64,000 nucleotides of DNA, taken from Lytechinus pictus. Its lineage: Eukaryota. Both the position numbers and the translations under genes were made by a program. Every line of letters begins with the position of its first letter. The stretch's first letter is position 1. The DNA lies in NCBI RefSeq assembly GCF_037042905.1, contig NC_087250.1, positions 11,472,001 through 11,536,000 of the forward strand. The letters run 5' to 3'. This document shows positions 27,101 to 37,298 of this stretch, one piece after another. The notes under the pieces were generated by a model that did not search any database, was not told the DNA's origin, and saw only the letters and a list, made by a program, of their open reading frames with translations.

Positions 27101-30100
27101 TTGCTACATGTATCTACAGATATTGTGCATTTGTTATTATAACAAATCTTTGTGAAAGTTTAGCGCCCTAAATGTACCTTGTGGAAGTGTGGCAAAGTCC
27201 ACCCTGGCCCACGGTGTCGAGCAGTCAATGGCGTCTTTCAATGACCTTAGGACTTCACGCTGGTTGGCCCACTGACCTTTGACACCCTCTGGAAGCTCGG
27301 GGTTCTCTGTGAAGTCGCTCTCCCATACTGCGTTCACCCATCCTTAAGGGAAAAAAATATATATAACAGGTTAAAAGTTTATATTCAGTTTTGATGAATC
27401 CCCGGAAAGCACATGTATGCAGCAATTCTGATTCATTATGAGGGGAACTGCACACACATAGCTAGAAATTCCTCCTTTTGCACCACACTCACACACCCAA
27501 ATATTGACATGGTTATGAGGAGAAAAATCAATGTTTAACACATTTCTGACATATGATGCTATTATCAATTTTTTTTTGTATCAAATTAAAGAGAATTAAA
27601 TGCTCCTTAAAGATAGCCTACTTAACAGTTTTCATATACATGTAGTCACTACCATTATTGAGTGAGTGGGCTATACATGGGTCAAAAATACTTTTTTTGT
27701 CATTTTAATACGGCAACAGTTTTTTTTTTATTCCTTGTAATTAATATCTCAACATGAAATGACAATATTTTTTGTCTTGGGTCCGAGAAAAAAGTGTGCC
27801 GGGCCAAAATCCAAAATGGCAGCCAAACCCCGCAACTGGATCTGGATGTATACGAAACAGGGCCCTCATGGGCATAAACGCATCGGGTACTTGACCTAAA
27901 TTTTGCCGGGACCGGCAGGTGCAATACACCGGATGAACACCCTAATCTTTGACGAAATAGTGTATTGGTGTTAACATGCATAGGTTGTACCTCTCCTATG
28001 TAACACAGGAGCAACATTTGCGTCCTTTCCGATGGATGGAGTGTTTTCCAACTGCATTCACACCTGCACTGAATAGTGGTGAGGCACGCTAACACACAAC
28101 GCTATAGCATCATACTTTTTTGTTAGACGCGTTTCGGCATGAGCGGGACTGAAACCCCTCATGTTGAGATCTACGATCTTATTCGAAACATGCGCTCTAA
28201 CCGACTGAGCAACGCTGCCTCGATGACATCGCAGTGAAAAGTTTTGGTCACAACTTCTTTATTTGGTAAAAAGGGGATTTTAAGTAGTTTGTTGTAAAAT
28301 CAATATTGAGACACGTACACAATTCGCCAATCAAAATGCGAGCGTGCAGCGCTAGCTGATACGTTTTGACAATCAGACCTGAAAAGGGATATTTTGAAAA
28401 TGTTATGGAATACACGAAAATAATAGTAGGGCGACTGCACACAGAGAAAAAAAATCGCCCTTTTCACCGCATTCACACAGCCAAAAATGGTCATGGTTTT
28501 GAGGGAAAAATCAAAGTTCAACGCATTTCTGACATATGATCCTATTATCCAAATTTAATGAATTTGGTATCAACTTAAAGAGAATAAAATGCTCCACATG
28601 TATAGCCTACTTACATGTAGTTTACATTTGGTTACTACCATGATTTTGATGTGGCATTAAAAAAGGAAGTTCAAAGTTTTGTATCTTGTGAATAAAAGTA
28701 CCATATTTTTATAAACTAGTGGGTTTTTGTAGTATTGATAATGGCAAATCCAATGGAAATACTCATTTTTCACCTTTCCTTCAGGATCAAGTGTCAGAAT
28801 TGCTTTCAAAATACCCCCCCCCCCTCCCATACTCCAGAAAGCCCAATGCAAAACTGCACACAAAATATCTGCACTCTGTGTGTGGTCGTGTGTTTCAGCT
28901 GTGAGTGTGTTGTGACAAATTATACTACAGAGCCTATTGGGAGCATTTGGTGGAATTTCATTCGAAATTCATTTGATTATTACTCAAAAACTGATTCATG
29001 GATTACTATGAAATTTGGTAGATTTCTATTTTGCACTATTTTTATCAAGATCTGAAAAAATCAAACAGTTTAATGAAGTGGTTGATGAGATAGAAAAATC
29101 TTGTGGTCTCCCTAATAATAGGTAGGGCCTACCTGATAAATCAACATTTGCGATAAAATTCAGGCCATAAAACTGATATTTTTACAGAGCACCTTTTAAA
29201 AATCAATTTGTAAATCACACAAAATAATGAAAGTTCAATTTCAGAGGTGAAATATATTGTCAGTAGAGGCGCTGGTCCAAAGATTGGGATTGTCCCAGAA
29301 AACAAGGATATCCTCATTAACCAAGACAAATCATGTCTTGATAAATTGAGACTGTCCTTGTTTATAGGAATTTTTTTTGTTCACTTCCCCCTACGGGACA
29401 AAGACATCAATTACAGGAATTGAGAGTGCTAAAAATAGATTCAGTGATCTTGACTTAATTCCCCCCAGTTCACTGTCTACATACACATGGTCTATTTTTC
29501 ATGACTTCCAGTCTTCCAATAATCTTGTTATGAAACCTGATTTGTTACATTGACTAGCGTACTTGATTGGTGTCGGCACTTGACAGGTGAATGAACTTTA
29601 CTACATTTCTTGTGAAGAAAGCTTTAAAAACTGAGACAGTCGCTGTAAAACTGGGACAATCCCAATTTTCTGACCAGCGCCTCTGACACTCTGATTGTGT
29701 ATAGGCCTAGTATATTATTGACTTCCAAACTTGTTATTTTGACTCCAGATTGAACAAGATTATAAGATATGAAAATCACCCAGCAGGTAATGCGAGCGTG
29801 AACCTAAAAATTTTAAGTGACATGATGATGAACATTATCATGATGAATCATGATGATGAAAGATTCTTTTTATTTTCCAAGTAGGGCCTAGTAGTAGTAC
29901 CGTAGGCTAGTAATTCCCCTCATCTTATTCACTCGTCTTCCTCCTCTTCCATTTCTTTTTTTCTCCTCTCTTTCCCCTTTTATTTGGCTCCGCCAATAGG
30001 GGGCCCGGGCCCCTCGCCCCCCCCCCCCCCCCCCCCCCCCTGGATCCGCCTATGAGTATGAGCGGAATATTCAAATATTGTCGCCCGGGAGCGCCGGCGG

Positions 30101-30321
30101 GCCAGCCGTGCACGTACCGCATAGCGGCACTAGCTTCCAGAGCAGATCAGCTAATCAAAGTTACCTTGCAATAAAATTATAAAAACAACATCACTCTTAA
30201 GCAGGAATACCTAACGCTAGATCTCCTAATTCACATTAAGTGTCGTCTCACCTTCATCTAAGAGTTCAATTCCCAAATTTGCAAAGCGTTCAGCGACGTT
30301 AGATTCCGGTTCTTTCGCCAT
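483..30321 (-). CDS. NCAPD3: Condensin-2 complex subunit D3 (CAP-D3), 26 coding exons in the window, 3' end beyond window start
   Basis: Exons joined by hand at GT-AG sites with consistent phases. Peptides such as [57 protein letters not shown] and [13 protein letters not shown] match human NCAPD3 as recalled, in collinear order. Confidence 0.96.
620..1185. repeat. (CAT)n-type compound microsatellite
   Basis: Visible ATC/ACC/CTC triplet runs. Confidence 0.95.
1534..1707 (-). CDS. NCAPD3: NCAPD3 exon 25 (EIKLASL...[24 protein letters not shown])
   Basis: Matches human [22 protein letters not shown]. Confidence 0.95.
2194..2283 (-). CDS. NCAPD3: NCAPD3 exon 24 ([13 protein letters not shown]...)
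   Basis: Matches human ILACFADGILPLD. Confidence 0.93.
2410..3535. repeat. 30-bp minisatellite, homogeneous core 2440-2935 with degenerate flanks
   Basis: Unit TGGTCTAATCTCAATTGGACCAAACCAATA. Confidence 0.95.
3558..3712 (-). CDS. NCAPD3: NCAPD3 exon 23 ([16 protein letters not shown]...[12 protein letters not shown])
   Basis: Phase 1-0; matches human QSEREKRLFSLKG. Confidence 0.95.
4483..4587 (-). CDS. NCAPD3: NCAPD3 exon 22 ([14 protein letters not shown]...FHFNNY)
   Basis: Phase 1-1; conserved FHFNNY. Confidence 0.95.
5297..5381 (-). CDS. NCAPD3: NCAPD3 exon 21 ([16 protein letters not shown]...)
   Basis: Matches human EEFVKWKGSLFFRFVS. Confidence 0.95.
5846..6790. repeat. 34-bp minisatellite, about 24 copies plus a decayed tail
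   Basis: Unit CTTATCTCATTGGGATTCCAAGTATAAGTGAAAA. Confidence 0.95.
6942..7050 (-). CDS. NCAPD3: NCAPD3 exon 20 ([18 protein letters not shown]...[13 protein letters not shown])
   Basis: Phase 2-0; Cnd1 domain. Confidence 0.95.
7132..7415 (+). mobile_element. tRNA-derived SINE
   Basis: Same head and core as 49463. Confidence 0.8.
7430..7593. mobile_element. Short Harbinger-like MITE abutting the NCAPD3 exon 19 donor
   Basis: TIRs ...TCATAAAGCTGTTCGTAAG / CTTGCGAACAACTTTATGA..., flanked by CAG and CTG. Confidence 0.7.
7594..7843 (-). CDS. NCAPD3: NCAPD3 exon 19 ([13 protein letters not shown]...[14 protein letters not shown])
   Basis: Start of the highly conserved Cnd1 domain; phase 1-2. 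Confidence 0.95.
7965..8236. mobile_element. Harbinger-like MITE family (GGGCCCCGTCTTACAAAGAGTT TIR); other copies at about 12285-12530, 48316-48590 and 49955-50233
   Basis: Shared TIRs of about 35 bp, CWG flanks, about 270 bp long. Confidence 0.7.
8710..9370 (-). repeat. Tandem triplication (period about 265 bp) of the exon 18 3' end and donor
   Basis: The exon end recurs at 8730, 8998 and 9261. Confidence 0.92.
9261..9531 (-). CDS. NCAPD3: NCAPD3 exon 18 (LCCACV...[28 protein letters not shown]...)
   Basis: Matches human IFTLGDIAQLCP...IFLLIQSVLA; phase 0-1. Confidence 0.92.
10553..10849 (-). CDS. NCAPD3: NCAPD3 exon 17 ([10 protein letters not shown]...MVETVYK)
   Basis: Phase 0-0, canonical sites. 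Confidence 0.9.
10868..11171 (-). mobile_element. tRNA-derived SINE
   Basis: Same head, core and tail, minus strand. Confidence 0.82.
11651..12065. mobile_element. Non-autonomous DNA transposon with a 6-bp TSD
   Basis: TIR CAGACCTGCCAACC/GGTTGGCAGCTCTG, TSD AAGAAC. Confidence 0.75.
12143..12245 (-). CDS. NCAPD3: NCAPD3 exon 16 ([21 protein letters not shown]...)
   Basis: Phase 2-0, GTAAG donor. Confidence 0.88.
12874..13059 (-). CDS. NCAPD3: NCAPD3 exon 15 ([22 protein letters not shown]...)
   Basis: Phase 2-2; matches human WLRGVVPVVMDCES. Confidence 0.92.
14134..14297 (-). CDS. NCAPD3: NCAPD3 exon 14 ([22 protein letters not shown])
   Basis: Matches human [20 protein letters not shown]; phase 0-2. 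Confidence 0.92.
14599..14684 (-). CDS. NCAPD3: NCAPD3 exon 13 ([18 protein letters not shown])
   Basis: HEAT-repeat DxKxxVRKxALQ motif; phase 1-0. Confidence 0.92.
15091..15307 (-). CDS. NCAPD3: NCAPD3 exon 12 (low-complexity linker EAAAGSTNG...GDESAA)
   Basis: Phase 0-1, needed to bridge exons 11 and 13; canonical sites. Confidence 0.85.
16095..16635. mobile_element. Non-autonomous DNA transposon with a 6-bp TSD
   Basis: TIR CAGACCTTCA/TGAAGGACTG, TSD TGGGAG, GAGGAGC subterminal repeats. Confidence 0.65.
16659..16803 (-). CDS. NCAPD3: NCAPD3 exon 11 ([12 protein letters not shown]...)
   Basis: Phase 2-0; continues the TVRxKALS motif. Confidence 0.9.
17414..17495 (-). CDS. NCAPD3: NCAPD3 exon 10 ([21 protein letters not shown])
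   Basis: Phase 1-2; RCxDKAPT motif. Confidence 0.9.
18215..18284 (-). CDS. NCAPD3: NCAPD3 exon 9 ([20 protein letters not shown])
   Basis: Phase 0-1; matches human HRVFTLDVVLALLELPER. Confidence 0.9.
18830..19028 (-). CDS. NCAPD3: NCAPD3 exon 8 ([32 protein letters not shown]...)
   Basis: Phase 2-0; conserved LxQHxCxKVxDKxEYR motif. Confidence 0.92.
20068..20186 (-). CDS. NCAPD3: NCAPD3 exon 7 ([15 protein letters not shown]...)
   Basis: Phase 0-2, canonical sites. Confidence 0.9.
20471..21048. mobile_element. TTAA-flanked MITE family A (Kolobok-like, long TIR AGGGATGGTCCGGGCTGAA)
   Basis: Long imperfect TIRs, TTAA TSD, three copies in the window. Confidence 0.85.
21080..21179 (-). CDS. 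NCAPD3: NCAPD3 exon 6 ([26 protein letters not shown]...)
   Basis: Phase 2-0; matches human LAYYGLYLLCSPIHGE. Confidence 0.9.
21213..21660. mobile_element. Palindromic non-autonomous element (Crypton-like); same architecture at about 50805-51285
   Basis: Imperfect hairpin of about 170 bp followed by a short second inverted pair (TATATGACACC...GGTGTCATATA). Confidence 0.45.
22150..22423 (-). mobile_element. tRNA-derived SINE
   Basis: Same head and core. Confidence 0.78.
22674..22807 (-). CDS. NCAPD3: NCAPD3 exon 5 ([25 protein letters not shown]...)
   Basis: Strong acceptor, GTGAG donor, phase 0-2. Confidence 0.88.
23371..23540 (+). mobile_element. SINE 3' fragment (other fragments at 24996-25184 minus and 40637-40755 plus)
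   Basis: Core plus (ATT)n tail. Confidence 0.65.
23713..24011 (-). CDS. NCAPD3: NCAPD3 exon 4 ([24 protein letters not shown]...)
   Basis: Phase 1-0; basic NLS-like and acidic stretches as in the human protein. Confidence 0.9.
24022..24318 (-). mobile_element. tRNA-derived SINE
   Basis: Same head, core and tail. Confidence 0.78.
25305..25466 (-). CDS. NCAPD3: NCAPD3 exon 3 ([10 protein letters not shown]...[12 protein letters not shown])
   Basis: Phase 1-1; matches human AAGLYFLLLEVPG. Confidence 0.92.
25532..26224. mobile_element. TTAA-flanked non-autonomous DNA transposon (Kolobok-like)
   Basis: TIR AGGTCCTATGA...TCATAGGACCT, TTAA TSD. Confidence 0.75.
27178..27342 (-). CDS. NCAPD3: NCAPD3 exon 2 ([18 protein letters not shown]...)
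   Basis: AG/GT boundaries; matches human EWVDTVWELDFTE. Confidence 0.92.
28136..28219 (-). pseudogene. tRNA-like sequence with an intron-like insertion (pseudogene or SINE head)
   Basis: GCTC-AGTCGGTTA-GAGC D arm, CATGT/ACATG anticodon stem; T arm and acceptor stem degenerate. Confidence 0.4.
30252..30321 (-). CDS. NCAPD3: NCAPD3 coding exon 1 ([23 protein letters not shown])
   Basis: ATG in AAGATGG context, GTGAG donor, phase 1 joins exon 2; GC-rich promoter adjacent. Confidence 0.85.
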
Positions 30322-30332
30322 CTTCCTTCTCA

Positions 30333-30350
30333 ATCAAATTTCCCGCGCGC
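30333..30350 (-). promoter_or_regulatory. E2F site / CDE-CHR-like element just 5' of the NCAPD3 ATG
   Basis: TTTCCCGC at 30339-30346; the minus strand reads GCGCGG-GAAA-TTTGAT. Confidence 0.55.
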
Positions 30351-30379
30351 GCGCCTGCCGGCCGTACCGTACGTTTTAA

Positions 30380-30968
30380 AGGAGAATGAAACTCTTGGAG
30401 CAAGTTAGCTTTTGTGAAAGCAGAAAAATCAAAGAATAAGATCAACAAAACTTTGAGTAAAATAGGACTAGCGATAAAAGAGTTATAAGCATTTGAATGT
30501 CGAGATCACTAATGCTATGGAGATCCTCCCATTGGCAATGCGACCAAGATCTGTGATGTCACACACGTACAACTCTCCCATTTGGACACTGAAAATATAC
30601 CCCAAAACATCTCTTTTTGCTTATTCTAATCATATGACAAACGATTCATCAATGGTATAATGTTGTGAAACCTCTGTACTTGTCATCTCATAAAGAGAAC
30701 ACCTCACCTTGTGATAGACTCTATAAAAGTGAGAATATAAAGTGAAATAAGTACTAGAGTAATGAGGGAGTTGTACGTGTGTGATATCACAGATCTTGGT
30801 CGCATTGCCGATGGGCCCTGAGGATCTACATGGCACTAGTGATCTCAATATTTAAATGCTCATAACTTTCTTATTATTCATTCAATCTTCCTCAAACTTT
30901 CAACAATATGTTTCTTTGATTTTTCTCTTTGATATGGATTCAGCTGGTTTCAAGGGTTTCATTCTCCT
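30380..30968. mobile_element. TTAA-flanked MITE family B (Kolobok-like) in the NCAPD3 promoter
   Basis: TIR AGGAGAATGAAAC...GTTTCATTCTCCT, TTAA TSD. Confidence 0.85.
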
Positions 30969-31164
30969 TTAAGTTCGCTGGACTCGCGCGCGCATATGCA
31001 TAAACACGCATAAACATCTCTGTTGAGGCATGGATGGTTGAGGCGACACCTTGCACAAGGGGGAAGGGGCACTGAGAGGGGAGCTCAGTGGGAAGGGGGC
31101 ATATGGCCGGATCCCAAAAAAAATCACCACCATAAAAAATGAGAAAAGAAAGAAAATTAAGAAA

Positions 31165-31468
31165 TTTACTTGTCGGACGTTTTATCCGACAAGACCCATT
31201 TTGTCCGACAGTTACCATAGTAACAGTACCTCTCAACCAATCAACATCAGAGAAAGATGTCAGATCTGACAACTTGTCGGATGAAAATGTTGATGAAACA
31301 CTCCCCTGGGGGGCGTTTCATGAAAGGACTTGTCGGACGTTTTATCCGACAAGTCCCATTTTATCCGACAGTTACCATAGTAACAGTACCTCTCAGCTAA
31401 TCAACATCAGAGAAAGATGTCAGATCTGACAACTTGTCGGATGAAAATGTTGATGAAACACTCCCCAG
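31165..31468 (+). mobile_element. Tandem pair of a ~160-bp MITE (related copy at 11447-11607)
   Basis: Two near-identical direct copies ACTTGTCGGACG...GATGAAACACTCCCC. Confidence 0.7.
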
Positions 31469-34089
31469 GTCTGTATGCAAATGAGGAGACTGATGACATC
31501 ATCCACTCACTATTTCTTTTTTATTTTATTATATGAAATATGAAATATTCTAATTTTCTCCTCTTTGTCAAGTGAAACAACGATGAATTCCTCTATGAAC
31601 ATGTGGAATTAGCATTGTTTAATGCTATATGGTTCAGTCAAGTTGGTCCTAGTTGTCAAATCTGTAAAAAAATACACTGTAAAAAGTTTACTGTAGATTT
31701 TACAGTAAATTACTGGCAACTCTGCTGCACGGTAATTTACTGTAATTTTTATTTTACAGTAAGCTACTGTAGTTTCGTCCTACAGTAAATTACTGTAAAT
31801 TTGAACTAGCTACAGGAAAATACCGTGAAAAGTGCTGTAGCTTACTGTAAAATTTACCAAATTTTAGAATTGTTGCTACTGTAAATTTGGTTAAATTACA
31901 GTAAACTACTGTAAATTTCCCTTGCATTACAGTGAGGTACTGTACACTTCCTACAGTAAAATGCTGTACACCTTCCCAATTTACCCCCAGTACTGTACAC
32001 TCCCTACAGTAATTTACTGTAAATTGACCCCATTTACAGTATGTTTTACTGTAATTGGCACAACTTCCAATGACAAAAATACACTTGAGTAAAACTTTTG
32101 AATGAAACTTTGAAAAGTCTTTATTGCATTAACATGCAGTAGAACTGACAATGCCATATTTCACAAACAGTACAATTTTTGTAAGGATCATGGGCAAAAT
32201 GCTGGCAAGTAGAATGTGTTGCATAATCAAATTTCAAAGATGACAATTATACAGAAACTATGTACACAGAAATGTCCTAAGAATGCTGATGTTCATTACA
32301 GACCTGTTCACTAATGTAGTCAAATTTCATGAATACTTTGTTCCTCTGGATTTGGTAATAGGTAATTACCATGGACTGAATGGTATTACAATAAGTGGCA
32401 TCCTTTTTGCATGCATAAACTCTTTATGTATTTGTTGGACCTGTCAGAGCAAGCAACAAAGGTTGTAAGAACAACCATAAAATTTGGTTGGTGTTACTTT
32501 ATCTGCTGTTTGCAATTCAGTTGACTTAAACATTTTGTAAATAAATCTATTCAACAAGTAAAATTCACCTTGCATGCATTAAAGTAGTTGTAATTGCTAA
32601 CCTTACACAAACTTTCAGGCCACTGTATATTAAATGAGAGTACATTAATGAACAGGTGTGTTTTAAAGCAATCCATTTACATGAAGGGTACCATAATCAT
32701 TCAAATATTCAGTCATAACCCATTAGAATCAATTACAAGTGAAAGCAATTTTTCACTTATGCAACTACTGCCTGAAATAATGGCAAACTTTCAATTTCTT
32801 TAAGAAAACAAATCTGACTAAAGTGAACTTCCTTCTAGGAGGGCTTGTCTCAGCTGACCTTGGATGAACACTGGATGAACATACACACGCACACACGCAC
32901 ACACACACACACGCACACACACAGACTCTCTATCTCTTACATCCACATATCCGTAGTAACACGCAAAATGCTTACTCCATGGTAACCTGACGACAATGCT
33001 TCTACCAGAAGAAAACTGAATTTTTAAGTGAAACTTCTCACTTATGAGTAATTTTACATGTATACTATTAATTGATAAAAAATTAAGTGTATGTCAACTT
33101 CTTATATATACATATTCCCAAAAATCTTATTAAGACAGAAAACCTTATTCAATCCTATATCAAAATAATGAATAGTCCTAAACACACACTGAACCAATAA
33201 TTTATATTACAAGCATACAAATACATTAACTGCCATGAATACATTAAATTGTGACAATAATATTACATTGCATACAATATTCCTCACAAATAAAGTTTCT
33301 TACAACAGTACTATCAATTTGATATTGAAACTGGCAAGAAAGAACCCGAATGAGAGTATTGCTACCATTGCAAATACTTAATATTTACATGAATATTTGA
33401 CGAACAAACATGTACAAATATGACCTCCAATTTTGCCAAAGTAATGTTTGTACTGTGACACTTGAACAGCTGCGAAAGTGAAAGTATGAAAATGTTATAA
33501 TTCTGTGAACAACAAAATACAATGTAGTAAATCCTCAGTAATCATAATGAAGAAAAATGTCAATCTGTGAGAAGTATCTAAAATTTTCAAATTTTTCTGT
33601 ACTACATCATGCAAATCTGCTATTTTGAGAAACTCTTGAAATGTAATCAAAATGTCACATGCTTTTTCATTTGAGGAATTTCTGATACATTTAATATCCT
33701 TTTCTGACTATAAGAAAACAAAAAATTGCTACATCACCTTAAGATTTCCTGAATTTCTTGATATAATTTGGTCCTCTTTACAAAAATGGCTAACAGTCAG
33801 CCATGCATGATATGCAATAATGGAGATCACTGTGTCATTCATGTAATAATAATATAATAATAATCTCACTCCACCTTGGTAGGCTGTGTTAAAGCCACAT
33901 ACATTACAGAAGTTTACATCGTTCTCAGTAAACAGCTTATTGCAATATTTGTCAACATCTTGATGACCAAGCGCTTACTACGCAGTATATATATATACAT
34001 ATATATATAATGTAGCACAATGTTGAAATCGAAATTGATTTACAGCAATGTTAATCCTAACTAAAGATGAATTTTCGACCACGAATGTT

Positions 34090-34750
34090 GGAAATAGATG
34101 CCTCCGCTACTGCCATACCAGAAATATATTTCCTAGTTTTTATTTCCATAAAGAAAAAAAAAACCCTCAAGACCTTTGATCTTGTGACTTCAAAATCTAG
34201 TCAGATAACTGTTTCTCAAAAAAGCAAATATATGCATTTGATTGAATCCAGAGAGCTTGAGATTTGACTTTCAGACCCAAAATCTTAATAGATCATTGTC
34301 ACTTGTATATGCACAAATGAGCGAAGTTTGAAGTTGATTCGTCAAATGGTTTGGAGTTATTGCGAGAACGGTATATGTTATATGTACTTTATTGTATTCA
34401 ATGACCTTGACTTTTGACCTTGAGACCCCAAAATCTGAACAGATCATTGTTACTTTAACATATACACACGAGACAAGTTTGAAGTTGATCTATCAAAGGG
34501 TTTTGGAGTTATTGTAAGAATGGTCTATTTCTTATGTATTTTAGTGAATTCTATGACCTTTGACCTTTGGACCCAAACACTTATCAGCTCATTGTCGCCC
34601 AGATATGTATCCTCAAGTCAAAAAGTATGAAGTTGACCTGTTGACCGGTTTTTAAGTTATCGCGAGAACGAAAGTGGGACAGACGGACCGACGGACAACA
34701 CAAAAACATAATGCCTCCGACACCACCTTTGGTGGGCGGAGGCATACAAA
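34090..34750 (+). mobile_element. Helentron/DINE-like (HINE) element inside the CACTA element
   Basis: 5' ATGCCTCCG motif, ~140-bp core repeats with TGACCTTTGACC, GACG/GACA microsatellite, 3' hairpin ATGCCTCCG...CGGAGGCAT. Confidence 0.55.
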
Positions 34751-35168
34751 CAGTGTGTAGTGCCATATATCTATGTTTTTGTATGGTTCAAATTCGGTTG
34801 TAAGGAGATATTCTTAACTTTATTTTTCCAAGTATGAAACCCCTTTACATTTACAATTTCTATATGAATTTTACCCCTCCCCCACTCTTACTTGACCTGG
34901 ATTTGAGAAACGGCTAAAATAAAGTTGTGGGCAATGTCAACTTAATAGCATATTCAAATGAATGTTCTCTCATAACTAGCATGTCGACAATCTATTTCAG
35001 CAAGTTTCTCATGTTATGCAATATTGGGCATAAACTCTGTAGTTGCTTGGTCAGACAAAGCTCAACCAATTATTCAAGAGGATGGTGACCAAGCGAACAT
35101 AGTATTATTGGGTGATATATAAAATCACATGTTTTTAGATGATGGGGTAAAATGTACAAATCAGGAAA

Positions 35169-37298
35169 TTAAAGCCACTGGAAATCAGCAAACCGACGCA
35201 CAAATGACACTACTTTCGCGTTGCAGTGACTCTTCGACGCATGGCACTTCGACCCATCAGGGCTTATTCCGAGGAGACATCTGAGAGACAGGGAGAAAAA
35301 GATATTACAGAAAAAATAAAAATAAAAACAATCAAATGAAAACTGAGGGAGTCAAAATAAATTGACAAACCTAAAATGAAATTTATCAAACAGTAATTAG
35401 AGATGGCTCCATCAAGCCAGCTTTACTTAAAAAAGAATACTTTTTAAATCACTTTTTTCTATTGTTAGTACAGAGACACACTCTTCTCTACTCAAGTACG
35501 TAATCATTAACCTGCACCAAAATACACCAGATGTTAGTGTGCTAGTCGCTAATAAGTTCTTGAAATTTTGGAGTTCCCCACAGTACTGCTGGGTTTGCTT
35601 ACTTTCAAAACGTGACACTTGCAATGGAAATCATATTTGGCTCCCAAATAAATGCAGAAGTACTGTGAAGAATGTCTTTGTTTTCTAAGGCAAGGCAACA
35701 GTCGGATGTTGCTCGCTCCATCAAGTCGCAAAGCAGTAGCACATTAATAAAAAGCCTATTTATCAGATAAGAAAGTATGTTCTAGAATCAAAATGCTTAA
35801 ATTTATGAGCTGCTCGGATGTGACGTCACAACATCATAACTTGAAATATTCACAACTCTAACAAAAAATTTTGACGGATTTTCTTCAAACCTTCACCAAT
35901 ATTTTTCTTTATTTTTCCACATTTTTTAAAATCAAGTTATTTTTCAGACTGAAATTCCATTTAGCTAGGATGTCCATGAAATTGGACTTATGTCAGTTCC
36001 AGAAAATGGTCCGATATTTTGCATGCCATATTGTACCTCTGAATGAACTCCAGTGTTGCTGCAGCCGTGCTTGGATATTCCAAATTGAGGTTGTAATAGG
36101 TGGCAAAAAGGTATGCCACCCCACAAAGAAAGCCTTCAGTTGTTGATGATGAATGGCCAATAACTCTGCTTTCAACCATGACCATCCACTGGGACTTGGC
36201 CGAGTCAAATGGATCTCCTATCAAACAAAATAATGTTAAGATTTAATCGTTATGAGCTTCATTTTCTATAATTTGTTTTAACACTAGCTGATGGGAAAAT
36301 CTCTGGTACAAATTCACTAGAGTAAAATTCAGTTATTTATTTCCAATTGTCCTGATTCCCCCCCCCCCTTATGGACGCGTTACAAAGTGAAAAACTATAA
36401 TTTATGTTTTTTGCCCAGTTTTAAAGGCTGGGATCATGCAGTATTCACATGTCTCTTTTGTTAATGACTGCATATAATTACAAGCATGGCAAATCTGAAA
36501 TGCTGAAAGTGAAAGATGTACATATGAAATACAAGTCTGTTTAAGAAAATTGACACAAAATAAACGTACATGTCTGTACAGATTTAGTCTAAACCTAAAT
36601 CTGAGAATGTTTTAAATGTCTGTATTATATTATTCTAAGAGGTTTGATTAAAAACACTGGAAGTTGTCATGCACCTTGGATTATGAGTTTGGGTGAATCA
36701 GATGCATCTCCCTCTTTCTCCATGTCCTCAGCAGTATCTGTAACCTGAAAAGATATGATAATCCCATGTTTCCATTACCATTACACACAAGATTCAACTC
36801 TTCAGTGTCATTTAATTGATTTTAATTTTCATACAGCATGCAGTCCCCAAGAGTGAAGGTCCAATACAATCTAGAAATAATCATCAATTAATTTTCAATT
36901 ATGTACCACCTCGAAGGGGGAAGGGCAAGTGATCTCTCTCATTTCTTTTTTCAAATGGGGGCGTGCCTTAGCAACAAAACACCCCCCCCCCCACAACAAA
37001 AAATTAAAAATTGAAGAAAAAAAAGAAAAAAAAAACAGATCTAAGGAAAGGTTCCACAAAGGGTCTTGAAAAGTCCAGAGTCATCGATACAAAAGCAATT
37101 ATTAAATACTAACTTTTTCACTCAGGACTAATAGCGCAAAACATTTTTCAGGAGAGTAATTATTAAATCTTACATCACGGATGAGGAAAAGGGAGTCATT
37201 CCCTTCTTTAAACAGGCTCTGCAACCCTCTCAGCACACCAGATGCTACATCATGCAGGTTTGCATCATCTTTTGCAGCCGCAGCTTCCACGAGAAGTA
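35169..37298 (-). CDS. Spliced transposon accessory ORF (EnSpm-associated, SAMD3-like C-terminal domain); exons 37174-37298, 36675-36744, 36037-36217, 35169-35280
   Basis: Four phase-consistent GT-AG exons encode ...SPKLIIQGDPF...FATYYNLNLEYPSTAAATLEFIQRCLLGISP...VRRFADFQWL*; family assignment is from memory. Confidence 0.75.
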
